Part shown: positions 12,961 to 25,299 of the stretch, in pieces | How the letters are laid out: each line of letters starts with the position of its first letter | How positions within the stretch are numbered: position 1 is the stretch's first letter | Assembly: GCF_009914755.1 (NCBI RefSeq) | Contig: NC_060937.1 | From: the human T2T-CHM13v2.0 reference genome, Homo sapiens | Length of the DNA: 64,000 bases | Direction: 5' to 3' (one strand) | Made by a program: the position numbers and the translations under genes | The notes under the pieces: model-generated | The model's database searches: none | What the model saw: only the letters and a program-made list of their open reading frames with translations | Told to the model about the DNA's origin: nothing

Positions 12961-13020
12961 CTAAGTAACACCCTTATATAATTGATGGATACATGTGTAC
13001 TCACTCTTCATTTGCTGTTA

Positions 13021-13344
<324 letters not shown>

Positions 13345-13426
13345 TTACTAATCTATTGATTGTATTATCCTGCTCCCTATTGGCTAAAATCAAGTCACCC
13401 TGCTGGTGCGTAGTTATTAAGCCAAC

Positions 13427-15094
13427 TTGTATCCTCCCTTGAATATTAATTATGCTCCTATTGTGCACTCTTCTTCCTATATATTACTGTACCCTCTTCA
13501 TTTTAGTCTAGGCACAGGGTCTCTGGAGTTGCAAAATCCTGGTCAACTTCTCCAACATCTCAGTAAAGGAGAATTCATTTCTAACTGCTGGATCTGCCAC
13601 CAGCACCATCAGCTCTCTTCAGGGGTTCTTTTCATGGCCCCTTTAATCCCATCTACCCTTAACCTGACCATACATTGTTTAAATAGAGGCCAGCGGTCTA
13701 AACCCAATCCTTTAACTTTCAGACTGCCTCCTACTCATCAAGTTTCTTTCTTTAATCTTACCCCATGTAAAAACTATTCTGTTGCTTTAGGAAATGAGGA
13801 ATTAAACTTCACCTGAGCAAGGTGGATTCCTTGCAATTTTCCTTCTTGTTACAACTTTACTTGGCACCCCACCTCTAACTTAAATACCTGTACATATAAC
13901 TTAACTCACTGTGCCCTGTAGAATTACTAGGGATATATGTGCCCAAGCTTGCTAGCAAAACCTTCTCTAATTATTTAAGGGTGTGTGAATACTGGCAGGG
14001 TAACATCCCACCACTTTGGAAATATAGCTTCACACTGTCCAAAGGGTTCACAGCAAATTACAAGCTCAGCTATGGGAGCAGATCTACCTTGCTCCAGGAT
14101 ACCTCAAAGTTCATCCATGACCACCTAGGACAGGAAAACATGGAGCAATATGCAAACAATTATCAGGAGCATTGCTTGCTATCCCCCAACTGCACAATTC
14201 ATAACCTGAATCTCATAATTCTCAATCACACTCAGGAGGGCATTCACATCTGTGCCACTCCAAGAATTGTTTCTCTTTGTGGCAATGCTCATAACTGCCT
14301 CCTGTGGCCCACTGCCCACTCTCCTTATACTTTTATTCTGCTGGAGCAAGCCTATTCTTGCATAGACAATGTATAATTAATAGGTGAGTCATCCTTGAGA
14401 ATAATAGGGTTAAATGGAATAACCATCCATAACTCTACCGCTCAACATGAGGCCCCTATTCTAGCAAGGCAAGGGCTTAGCATGGTCATAGCAGGAAGAG
14501 GCCTATTTGCCTAGCGGGCCCTTGGAGAAGTTTCACCTACCCTAAGGTCACCTTACACAATCTGACACAACAGATTGGTCATATAGTGAACCAGACTGTA
14601 GAGGCTCTAGGAGATCTAAAGACCTCTCTTAATTCTCTTGCTTATGTGTTGTTGGATAACTCCTTGGTTCTAGACTATGTACTGGCAGAACAAGAAGGTA
14701 TATGCACAGTCACCAACACTTCCTGCTGTACTTAGATGAATACCACAGGGCAAGTAGAAGTTAATATCCAAGCATTCTATAATCAGGAAACGTGTCTACA
14801 CTCTTTTGTTAAAAAGGATTTAACAGCTGACTCTATATGGGATGCTATAAAATCAACCTTACCCTATATAACTTGGTTTCTTCTTTCATAGGACTCTCAT
14901 CGGCTATCCTCGTCTTAAATTTTTGGCTCTGTTTGTTTAATCTACTGGTAAAAGATGTGTCTTCTAGACTAGACCAATATCATGTCAAGTTAATGGTCGT
15001 TAAGTTTTTGAGCCTGTTCCAGAGACCACCAGCCCGGAGCAATATTGGCCCCTTCACCAAGCTGGGAGAGACGTCTACTCCTGCAAACAGATGA
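13427..15094 (+). pseudogene. env: env remnant, ERVV-1/ERVV-2-like gamma-type envelope
   Basis: SU NCWICH (13583-13600); TM PWRSFTYPKVTLHNLTQQI; ISD LDNSLVLDYVLAEQEG; CTVTNTSCC (CX6CC, 14703-14729); IWDAIKSTLP; CLFNLLVKDVSSRLDQYHVK; several stops and frameshifts. Confidence 0.92.
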
Positions 15095-15184
15095 GGGAAC
15101 TACTCCCATGCTTAATAAGAAATAGCTTCAGAAGAAGAAATCTTTACCCAGGACCCCTTAAAAATAAGGAGTATACAGTCTCTC

Positions 15185-15193
15185 AAGGGAGAA
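15185..15193 (+). promoter_or_regulatory. Polypurine tract
   Basis: aagggagaa directly before the 3' LTR TG. Confidence 0.75.
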
Positions 15194-15714
15194 TGAGACA
15201 GCAAGCTAATTGACTCCCTATTTTAAGATGGTCTAGAAGAAAAGGACAAAAGCTCTTTACTCAAGCTTGAGCTTATACAACTCTCAGCCAATCACTAGCA
15301 AAAGACCCAAAAAGCTATTAACCACAAGCTCCTATTTCACGGGGCTAGGGACTTCCCTGGAAACTTTACATAGACTTAAACTCTAACCTATAGTTACCCC
15401 TTCCTCATTTTAATGCTAAAAATCATGCCCAGAGGTGGATATTTAAAATACGAATGCTACATATCGATGTATAAAGACACATCGTGACCCATCATGCAAG
15501 CACTAGAAAAACCCTTCCTATACATGCTCTGATATAACCCTTCCCTACAATAAGACCCTACAAAATTAACCCACTCTACTCTGGGGAGCAGCTACTTCCT
15601 CTTCCTTGCTTGTTGCTGGTTCCCTGGTGTATAAGCTGAATAAACTTATGTTTGGTATTGTCTCCTGATTTCTATCCTGGGAAATTGCAAGCACCCAGGG
15701 TGTCATTAGTAAAA
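15194..15714 (+). mobile_element. 3' LTR
   Basis: Homologous to the 5' LTR; AATAAA 15639-15644. Confidence 0.95.
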
Positions 15715-16060
15715 CCACAAAGATTTTCCTTTTTAATGGGTTACTGAAAGGTTTGTATTTTTAGCTCTTCCATTTTGGTATAGGATCTACACTTAAGTTT
15801 GTAAATGGTATGAGGTAAGATTTGAAGTTCATTATTTTAAAATATGAATATCTTATATACAGCACTTTTGGTTGAACACATTGTCATCCACCCCCATTAA
15901 ATTACCTTGGTCCTTTTGTCAAAATTCCGTTGACCATGCAAGTATGAGTATATTCCTGTACCATATGTTTCTGATGCATTGATCTATATGTTTGCTGAGT
16001 GTTATTATATATTATTAATTCCCCATTGTCTTAATTACTAAAGTTTCTATGAAGTTTGAA
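15715..16060 (-). mobile_element. Old L1M, right part of the provirus host
   Basis: aaagattttcct...tgtaaatggtatgaggtaag...cttttgtcaaaatt...ccattgtcttaattact. Confidence 0.75.
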
Positions 16061-16704
16061 AGAGAGGATAAACAACTTTGAAGCCTACGGTTTGATAATA
16101 TCTTCAATATAATCATAAACATAGCTTTAAATGATAGATGAGACAAACTGAACAGATTTACCCTACCAGTCAAATACATCTGAATAGATGAAAGAAAGAC
16201 ACATTTCCATTTTTATGGATGAAGAGCATAAAATTAAAGTTGAGGACTTTGGCTATAATTTCTCAGATAGAAAATTGTTTGTTTATTCTAACATCCAGGC
16301 TATTCAGACACCAAAATTATAGGATCATGAGAAAGGTTAAATAACATAAAGAATGGAACCTAGCATCCACTTTCCACCAGATCCCATAAATAAATACAAT
16401 GAGGATAAAATGTGTTGAATGGTTTACTAACTTGCATCAACATTGATGTTATTTTTTCATACTACAGTTACTACTCACATTAGAATATTAGCTCCTTGAG
16501 TGAAGAAACCTTCCTTTTGTTTACCTCTTGCAAGGCTGAATCCATAATACTAGAGCAGAAATTACCGCCAATAATGTTATTTCAAGCTCCTCACAAAAAA
16601 GACAAGCCATATTTTCAGATGTAGAATGAGGAAGTATTGACGAATAACTTGTTAAAAATTTTAAACCCTATAATAAAAACAAACAAAAAATCAGGGTAAA
16701 ATAA

Positions 16705-16890
16705 TGACTAAAGTGGGTAACTTCATCCTCTTTAGTTCTAATTTACATAACCTGTACATTAGAAACACCTCTACTTATAGTAGCCACCTCATGAGGTGGT
16801 TGTGGTGTTAAATGTGGCAATTAATTCAAGTGTTTAATACAATGCCTATAATCATAAATATTGTTAAGAGTACTTACATTTGGTATTATT
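16705..16890 (+). mobile_element. MIR fragment
   Basis: cacctcatgaggtggttgtggtgttaaatg...aagtgtttaatacaatgcct resembles the MIR core and 3' end. Confidence 0.55.
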
Positions 16891-19509
16891 AATTATCTTT
16901 GGTTATTATTTATAGTCATTGACCATAATCACCAAAGGAAAATCTGTTTCTGTGAAAAATTTGAAAGGTTGTGGGGAGGTTTGCTATACTTGGGTTTTGC
17001 AGGAACATGAGCTTCAATGACAGAAAGCTCTCAAATGGAAGGTACAAGGACGAGAGGAGAGAAGCACATTCTCTGAATGTTATGCTAAGAGAAGGTTTTG
17101 TTTACCCACTTGGCAGGGAAAAAGGAGAAGAACTATAAAAGGCTTCTTTATACATCATGTTTTTCTCTACCAGAAATTAGAGAATTTGGGCTTAATTTTC
17201 TTGCAAAAAAATAAAAAATAATAAACAATTATATAGAAATGTAAACACAATCCTCATCTCCCACACCTGTTCACTATTTATGTATCCTTGAGAGGATGAA
17301 TTAGAACAAAGAGTTGTCAGTACCATGATGAGAAATGCAAAAGATTGGTGGAGATTTTTCTCCCACCAGATGTATAAAATGAAGGGTCTTATAAATCTTG
17401 TTAAGACCACATTGAGTCAGGGTGCTCTGGTGGCTGAGATAATGGTCTTGGAGAATCCAGCAATTTTTATTTCACTGTGATGTGTTTTTAAATAAAGTGT
17501 ACATGTGACTCAACAAACGAGCTGGTTTCTTTCATGACTTAGTCCAGATCTGGTAGAGGTTCCTAAGTAATTTGGGTTTACATTGGTCTGTATATGTTAT
17601 TTCTTCTTGCACCTAACCAGTGTTATGGAGTCACATCACACTTCACTACAGCAAGCTACACAGAAAGCCTGGTGGCACTGAGGTCAGCGCCCACACTGCT
17701 TGAAAGCTGACTGAGTCTTGGGATCAGAATCGTGCTTAGGGCCAGGAAAGCAAGACCTTTTCCTTAGGCCCTGTGCCTCAGGTATTCCATAGTTTGAAGA
17801 ACCCTCCCGAATATTTTATGTCCCCCACCAGTACCTGGGACCAGACTAATTAAGCAGTGACATCTAAACGGTACACTCCAAGACCAAACCTGTTTTCCTC
17901 ATGATGCCAGATAATAAATGCACATACTTGAATTTATCAAATGCCCTCATTCATGGCTGAAAACAGCCAAGACCAACAGTGCTCACAGTGCTGAGCCTGG
18001 ACTGTGACTAATTTGGTGCCATCTCCACATCCACTTTGGTGCAAATATTTAGCACATATAAATATAGCTTTATCATTGTTTACAAATGTATTGTTAATAA
18101 AATATAAACATAACTTTAAACTATGAGTAATTTTGTGTTTTACTTAAAAAAACATTATTTTAGAAGCAAAAGAAGTATTTGAAAAGAATATGTTGTTCAG
18201 TTATTTAACAGAGTGTAGACAATACCATTTTCACTAATATATCAATTTTTTCAGATAAATATTTTTAATTATCATTCACTACAATGTTTAGCTTTTTTAA
18301 TCCACATAATTTTAATAGGTAGTAGTGACTTCCAAAATTAGGTTTGCCAAATTACAGTATCACATCAATGTTCTTAATATCCTTAAAGCTATATTTCAGA
18401 TGAAAAGAACATCTCAATATTCTAGATTAAAAATAAAAGTAGAATTTTTTTTGTAACTTCATTGAGAATATGAAAATTCTATGCAAATTAAAAGAAAATG
18501 TATAAACTTTACAGAGGATGGGGCGATGACATTTATGGAGGACTTCGATTAACTATGCTTTTTCTTTTTTCTTTTCTCCCCTGGGTTGCCACTTAAGCTC
18601 AAATGAACCATATTGATTATAAAAAGGTATATCTTGTACTTGACTGTTGTAACATAGTTTATGAGGGGAAAAGTCCCAGGATATGATATTTATTCTTGCT
18701 GAGTTGCAGAATATAACAGCATGATGCAAAATATATCTCAGTAAGTTATGAAATATGCATATTTAGCTTTTTTGAAGTTTTTCATATGAAAGTTTCAGGA
18801 GTCTGGGAGGAAGTATTTTCAGTGCTCAGGAGGTTGTGATCACAGCTGCTTTGCAGTAGAGTAATAGCCAAATTAGCAATTTTTTCTCTGCTACAAAGGA
18901 GCAGCATCACCAGTTTATGATCAACTGATTGATAGGACAATGGATGTTGTAGCATACATAGGCACAGTACCTAGAATTTATGCTTCACAAGTAATCTCCA
19001 GAAACCAAAATGTAAGATAAATAAAATGTAATTTTTTTCACTGTCCATTGGAATATGTTAAACATTTAGCTTTACACTGTGACATTTTTGTTGTTTCTGT
19101 TTTATCTTTGGTTTTGCTCATTTTGGGTAGTTATTCCAGGATAGTTAAAAAGCTGCTGATGTTCCACACTAAACACTAGTTGAAAAATGTAACTGACAGA
19201 CGATCTGCTGAGATAACATATTGGTTCTCTGTTTCCTCTATTGCTGTTCTATATTTTTAGTGCTTTCACATGAAAAGAGGATAGTATTTTGCTAAAGAAC
19301 CAGTCTTCTATTTCTGTTTATTTTCTCTCATTTTATAATTTTGCTAAGAATGCATCACAGAAAAGGGAATATCTTGAAACTAATTTCTCAAAATTATTTT
19401 TTTAAGAAAAGGTAATTACTTGTTACAAATGCCATTGATAAAATAAAGATGAGGATAGAGAATTATTTTCTATTAGCAATTTGGAGGTGACTGGTAAAGA
19501 AAAACAAAA

Positions 19510-19586
19510 CATTATACTATATATATAATATATATAAAATATATATTATATATATTAAAAAATATATATATATTATATATATATAT
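19510..19586. repeat. Imperfect (TA)n tract
   Basis: Visible directly. Confidence 0.9.
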
Positions 19587-19883
19587 GTTGTTGTTGTTTG
19601 AGACAGAGTCTGTCTGTCACCCAGGTTAGAGTGGAGGGGCAAAATGACAGCTCACTTCAGCCTTGACTTCCCTGGGCTCAAGCGGTCCTCCCATCTCAAC
19701 ATCCTGAATAGCTGGAACTATAGGCATGTGCCACCACACCTGGCTAATTTTTGTATTTATAGTTGAGATGAGGTTTCTCATGTTGCCCAGGCTGGTCTCG
19801 AACTCCTGGGCTGAAGCAATCCACAGCCCCCTCCAGGCCTTCCAAAGTGCTGGGACTACAGGTGTGAGCCACTGTGCCCAGCC
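19587..19883 (-). mobile_element. AluJ
   Basis: Antisense dimer with cctgggctcaagcggtcctcccatctca; tail converted to (GTT)n. Confidence 0.92.
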
Positions 19884-20189
19884 ATGTGAAAATAATTTTG
19901 ATAGAGTGTTTGGTAAAAGACTGACTAGAGAAAAAATAGATGGAGTAGAATTGTAGTAATGGAGCAATCAACAATTAATGTTGGGAAAGGGGAAAGGGTA
20001 AATGTAACAGATGGGGTATATTGCAGGATCAAAGCAGTTTTGTTTACATAAACTGATAATAACATGACTATCAGGATCCATGCAAATACACAGACTTGTA
20101 GTTATTAAGGCTGAGTTCCAGAAAAGACATCCCAATTATTTGCTCCCATACATAGTCTAGAGAGATTGAGAAGGAGATAGAGATTTTGG

Positions 20190-20637
20190 TAAAACCTGAA
20201 AGCAACATAAATTCTGTCTCTGAGTCTAGGCAAACATTTTCCTCCTTTTGTTAAACAATACTGAAACCAAACTTAAATAATTTAGCTTCTCACTCCAGGA
20301 AATTCTTGCTCAGAAAGACAAGACTAATACAGAGCTTACTTCTCAGAACTAACATTCTGCTCAATGATTCTTTCAAGACCCTCACCTTGCTGTGCCAAGC
20401 TCTTCAACATTATTATATTATAATCTCTGTCAAATTAAAACCAGTGCCTTTCTTCACGAAGTCCACTCCAAAATCACTCTGGCCAGTCCAGAAAAGCCTT
20501 TCCTAATTTCCCTGTTTTGATATACTGCCAAGATTCTGTGAAGGGGGTGCTGTCCCTCTCTCTAGTAGGTTTAAATACCATAGCTTTGCTTGACTATCTT
20601 TTTTTTTTTCTTCTGGTGAGCATTTGAGGAAAGACAC
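20190..20637 (+). mobile_element. Old ERV1-type solo LTR (family uncertain)
   Basis: 3' end ccaagattctgtgaaggggg...tagctttgcttga...ttctggtg...gaca resembles MER31/MER67-group LTR ends. Confidence 0.45.
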
Positions 20638-20832
20638 TGGTAAATTTACAGGACCCTAAGCTTTGCAATGAGATTGTGCTCTTTCCCAAATGAGGACCAT
20701 TGATTTTCTTAGGGAGTCTCCTGGTGGGATGCATATCTGCTATAGTTTCAGCTGGCTACTTTAGAGCACTACTAAGGTTGCTTATTCCCAGACTCCTTTA
20801 AATAAGTAGTGAGGATGATCAGGGTAACAGGG

Positions 20833-21228
20833 TGTATTTGTTCTTGCACTGTTATAAAGATATACCCAAGACTGAGTAATTTAGAAAGAAAAAAGTATTA
20901 ATTGGCTCACAGTTCTGTGGGCTGTACAGGCTTCTGATTCTGGAGAGGCCTTAGGAAACTTACAATCATGGCAGAAGTTGAGGGGGAAGCAGGCACATCT
21001 TTATGAGGCCAGCAGGAGAGAGAAAGAGAGTGAAGTGGGAGGTGCTACATACTTTTAAACAATCAGATCTCATGAGAGCTGTATCATAAGACAGTACTAG
21101 AGAGATGGCAGCAAGCCATTGGAAACCACCCCCATGATCCAGTCATCTCCCACCAGGCCCCACCTCCAACATTAGGAATTATAATTCAACAAGAGCTTTG
21201 GGTGAGGACAGGGAACTAAACTATATCA
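20833..21228 (-). mobile_element. MSTA-type MaLR solo LTR
   Basis: TG...CA ends, ttaattggctcacagttctg, cccaccaggccccacctccaaca; TSD caggg/taggg. Confidence 0.93.
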
Positions 21229-22799
21229 TAGGGTTACTTGTCTCACTTTAGTCTCTCGTGACCCCAATACTCTGAAGCTTCTCATCAGGCGCATGTATTA
21301 TGCAGATTTGGGAGAAACCATGCAATGTTTGGTAACAATAGAAAATATATTTTCTGAGCAGAGTAGCTTTAAGGAAGGATAAGAGCTTTGAAGTTTTCAT
21401 TGGCAATCTCCCCTAAAGAAGTGTACAAGTTTCTATATTTCATTTTAGCTCAGCCAATCTAGAGGAGAAATTCTTATAAATAGATGGAAAATAGTTCTGT
21501 TCACTTAGTAAGTTGTTTTAGTTGCATTAAAATAAAACAAAACATAAAACTAGAACTTGGGATTGGGGTCGAGCCAGCTGAGTCTTGAATTACTGTAATA
21601 ACTGGGAACATTTTTTCGTATTATGAAACCTGTCACTTATACAATGTATTGGGCTTTTATAATAAAATATAAAATTACAAGGGATAAATATCTAGAAATT
21701 GTCCCAGATATTTTGAAGAAGCCTAGGCAAGTGATCGATTATGAAGATTAACTTTATTACTCTACAGAAAATTTCCTTAGAATTATCTCCATTATGCAGA
21801 AGTGAAGGAATACAAAGCCTGACATCCCAACAAAAAAAGAAAATTCAGCATGTCACAGAGAGCTGTCTGTTATATGAGTAAGATCAACCTTGTGAATCAA
21901 GATGCTGGTACTAGTATTTTTTTCAGGTGAACACTAAATTTAATGGCATTAAAAATATTAATCGAACTAGACATAACAAAAATGGTAGAGAGCTGCTAAC
22001 AAGGGGTTGTAAGATTTATTCTATGCCTGTGTTTATTCCAAACCCAGTAACACCATTAATACAGGAGAGCTGCTGCATTATATTGAGCATATCAATTTAT
22101 GCCATGAATGATGACTGCTGCTGCCAGGGTAGTATTAGTTCATAAGTTAATTCAGGGAGTAGTGTGACGATAAGGTTTTTTTTTACCACTATATTTATTT
22201 ACTAAATACATATCCAATAGAGTAATGATATTCTCTTCTACAGCTGGGAAAATCATGGGTGGTTATTGGAGATTAAGTTCTTTTTGTCTTTATGTCAAGG
22301 TCACATATGTACTATATTTCACCAGTGGAGATGGTGAGATGTCATCTACTTACATAAGGAGCCAGATCATTGTTTTCCTGAAAAAATGAGATTTCACCTA
22401 AAAGTTTGAAAACGTATGTACCAATCTCTTCCTAAGTGTGACCCTCTAAAAGTGAGATGATGACTTCAAAAGACAGGGAATCTATTGCGTAGGCCTAAGA
22501 GTCATCACAACATTTTCATTATGAATGGGGTGTATGGCAGAATTGCAGAACCCTGGAGACAATAAGTAAGTTATCCTTTCATTGTATATGATAACCAGAA
22601 GTCATTGTGAAATTTAAAAAAAGACTCAAAAGTTGTACCTATGAGGTATCCTGACTAATACATAATTTTAGCCAGGATCTGGATGAAAAAGAAACTAAGC
22701 AGAAATTTATCAGTGTATGAACACTGCCAGTTCTATTAAATCACATAGACTTCAATTTTTTCTCTCTATTCTAAAAATTCGAGGTATCTGTGAATTTTA

Positions 22800-24440
22800 T
22801 CAGGTAGTGAAGCCATTGCAGAGTATGACTGTATTCATCCTTTATGAGTTTCGTTGGAAAATTCCTTGGGTTAGCCACTTATGGACCTAATGGTGCCTGC
22901 TGCATTTGGGTGTAATTGGCAGGGAATAACTAGAAAATCATATATTGGGATTGGCAATAGCTAGGAAGAGAATTCAATGTTAAGATTGCATTAAGTATGT
23001 TTACATCTCATATAGATCATGTGATAGAAGTTGTCATTCAATGCCTTCATATCTATGCTAGTCACCCATTAAGGATATAGCACTTTATTATACTGAAACC
23101 GTTATATTGATTCACCATGGGAGTGGTAGGGAGTCGAATAAATTGTAAGCTGGTCAAGATTTATATGGCAATACGCTCAACTCACCTTGAGCCCCATGCC
23201 CACATATATGGAACAAGGTAAGGTTCTGTAAGTGTCATTATATAATCTTAATGTGTCCAGTAAATTTTTTACTGGGTATTCAATAATTTCATGTTACTTT
23301 TGTAACCATATTGGTTGTTGGCTTAGCTCTTTGAGTTACCAATCATATGGTTGTGCAATTCTAAGCATATTCTAGAAGCTATTCTGTATTGATAGTTCAG
23401 TTTTCAGATGCATATGTGTAACATCAGATCTAGTTTGTAATTTGATTTTGTACTTTACTTCATAATGGCATATGTTGTATGACAATGCTTTTACTAGTCT
23501 TATACTGTATGACCTAGAAACTGATTGTACTGCTAGGCTATTGCCAATATCCCATGATTAAAGATATATTTTATCATTTGCCATAGCCAGAATTAAGCCT
23601 ACTGCACAAAATTACCAACACAAAACACTAGCAGTACTTTACTACTATTCTGATGGGTTGTTTAGGCATTCTTTTGGATTTTTCCCCACCACAAGTAAGA
23701 ATGTTCCATAGGTGAACCTTGATTTTTTTTTTTCACCTACTAAGTCTTGTAGGTGAAAATCCCCTTAAGCCAGAACTCCTTTAAGTTTAAATGAAGAATT
23801 TGCCAATGCCATGTATTTTCCTCCTGGGTAAGTACAACTGTGCCAGTAGAGTTGGTTAAATTATCAAGGGATAGGTTTGTTCATTGGATACAAGATTTTT
23901 ATTTCATTTTGAGTTTTCTAGGGTTTATCCCACCTTGTGGGATTTTGGCTTGAAAAATACTCCTGTCGATATTGAAGTATTGAATGAGGGAAACATTTTT
24001 CCTGTGTTGAGGTAATATTTTTCCACTAAGCCCAAGGAAAAGATTAAAAGTTAATGAAAAAAATATATGTAATTTTCAGAAGTAGAAAGAGTACTTGAAT
24101 TCAAAAAATTGGACAGATTCATGACATGTTAATTTTGTCAGCTGAGACTGCATGAGATACATTACAATATGCCAATTTTCTTCATGGTGCCACCATCAGA
24201 ATGTCATCAATATGATGGAATGTTTGAATCTCATTAGAAGACCACATTGGGGTTGGTTTTTCTGAAATATTAAGGAATTTTTACTGAAAGATATCCTCAT
24301 AGGAATAAAGAGAATTTACTTTCTGTCATGGAAGAATGGAGTAATATTCATCTTTTTATTGAGAAATTGGGAAAAATAAATGTATTGACAGTATGTGATG
24401 CCACATTTAATACCTAGTTAGTATATTTCATTTGATTCCC
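22800..24440 (-). mobile_element. Highly decayed class III (ERVL-like) pol: RT to integrase
   Basis: Minus-strand FHHIDDILMV (24220-24191), EYYSILP upstream of it, INPRK (~23930), integrase LHPNAAGTI (22915-22889), collinear. Confidence 0.7.
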
Positions 24441-24467
24441 ATGGTAGACAAAGTAATGTCCTCCCAG

Positions 24468-24680
24468 TTGTGTCACTGATTAATTATTAGAATGACTCCA
24501 TATTTCACCTTATATGATGTGGGGGTTTAGCCAAATTAAAGACTTTGATATATGAAAATTATCTTGGTTTATCCTGGATTAGATGGTCCAATCTAATCAT
24601 ATAATCTAATCCATTCTGCAATCAATGATCCAATCCAGTTGTGGAATTTTAAAATTGGAAAGCTTTTCCCAAATATGATA
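24468..24680 (+). mobile_element. MLT1-type MaLR LTR 5' fragment
   Basis: aattaaagactttga...attatcttggtttatcctgg...ggtccaatctaatca. Confidence 0.55.
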
Positions 24681-25299
24681 AGTGCTTTAACAATTAGGAT
24701 AGTAACATAAGTGTAAAGTTTATAGGTAAAAAAACATTAGAGACCTATTATGATTTTTTAATCACTGGGAAAATATCAAAAGTACTTAATACAAATTGCA
24801 TTATTTATTTATACTTAATAGTAAGGTAATCCAATCATTTATTAGTATATATCGACAAAGTGCATGCCATAATTTTTGTCCCTGAGTGATAAATACATTG
24901 GTTACACTAAAGAATATTCAAATAATTAAATGTATTATTTAACATGAACATGTATGCTTATACCAATAAAGCCCTAATAAGCATATATAAGCTGGAACAT
25001 TTTTAGTATCCACCCTTATATCTTTTGCTTAGCAGAGTACAAGTCACCACAATATAACAATAGAGAGTTCATTGGTACTTCTTTCTTGAAATTCAAATTG
25101 AACAGTAAGACACAAGATAAATAATTGCAATGTACTATGAGCCTAAATATGATTTAAAAAAACACTAAACTAATTGACAGTTGACAAAAGGAATTTAACA
25201 AGGAGATATGAGGAAAGTTTCATGAGAGGACTTTTGAGAAAGTGCTGTTTTTTATTCTCTTTCTATTCCAAATTATCTACATCTCCTGAGTCAAGTTCT

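Noticed and set aside
21900-22200. Possible env TM remnant on the minus strand downstream of the old pol
   Set aside because: Only vague resemblance; no CX6CC or ISD motif recoverable by hand
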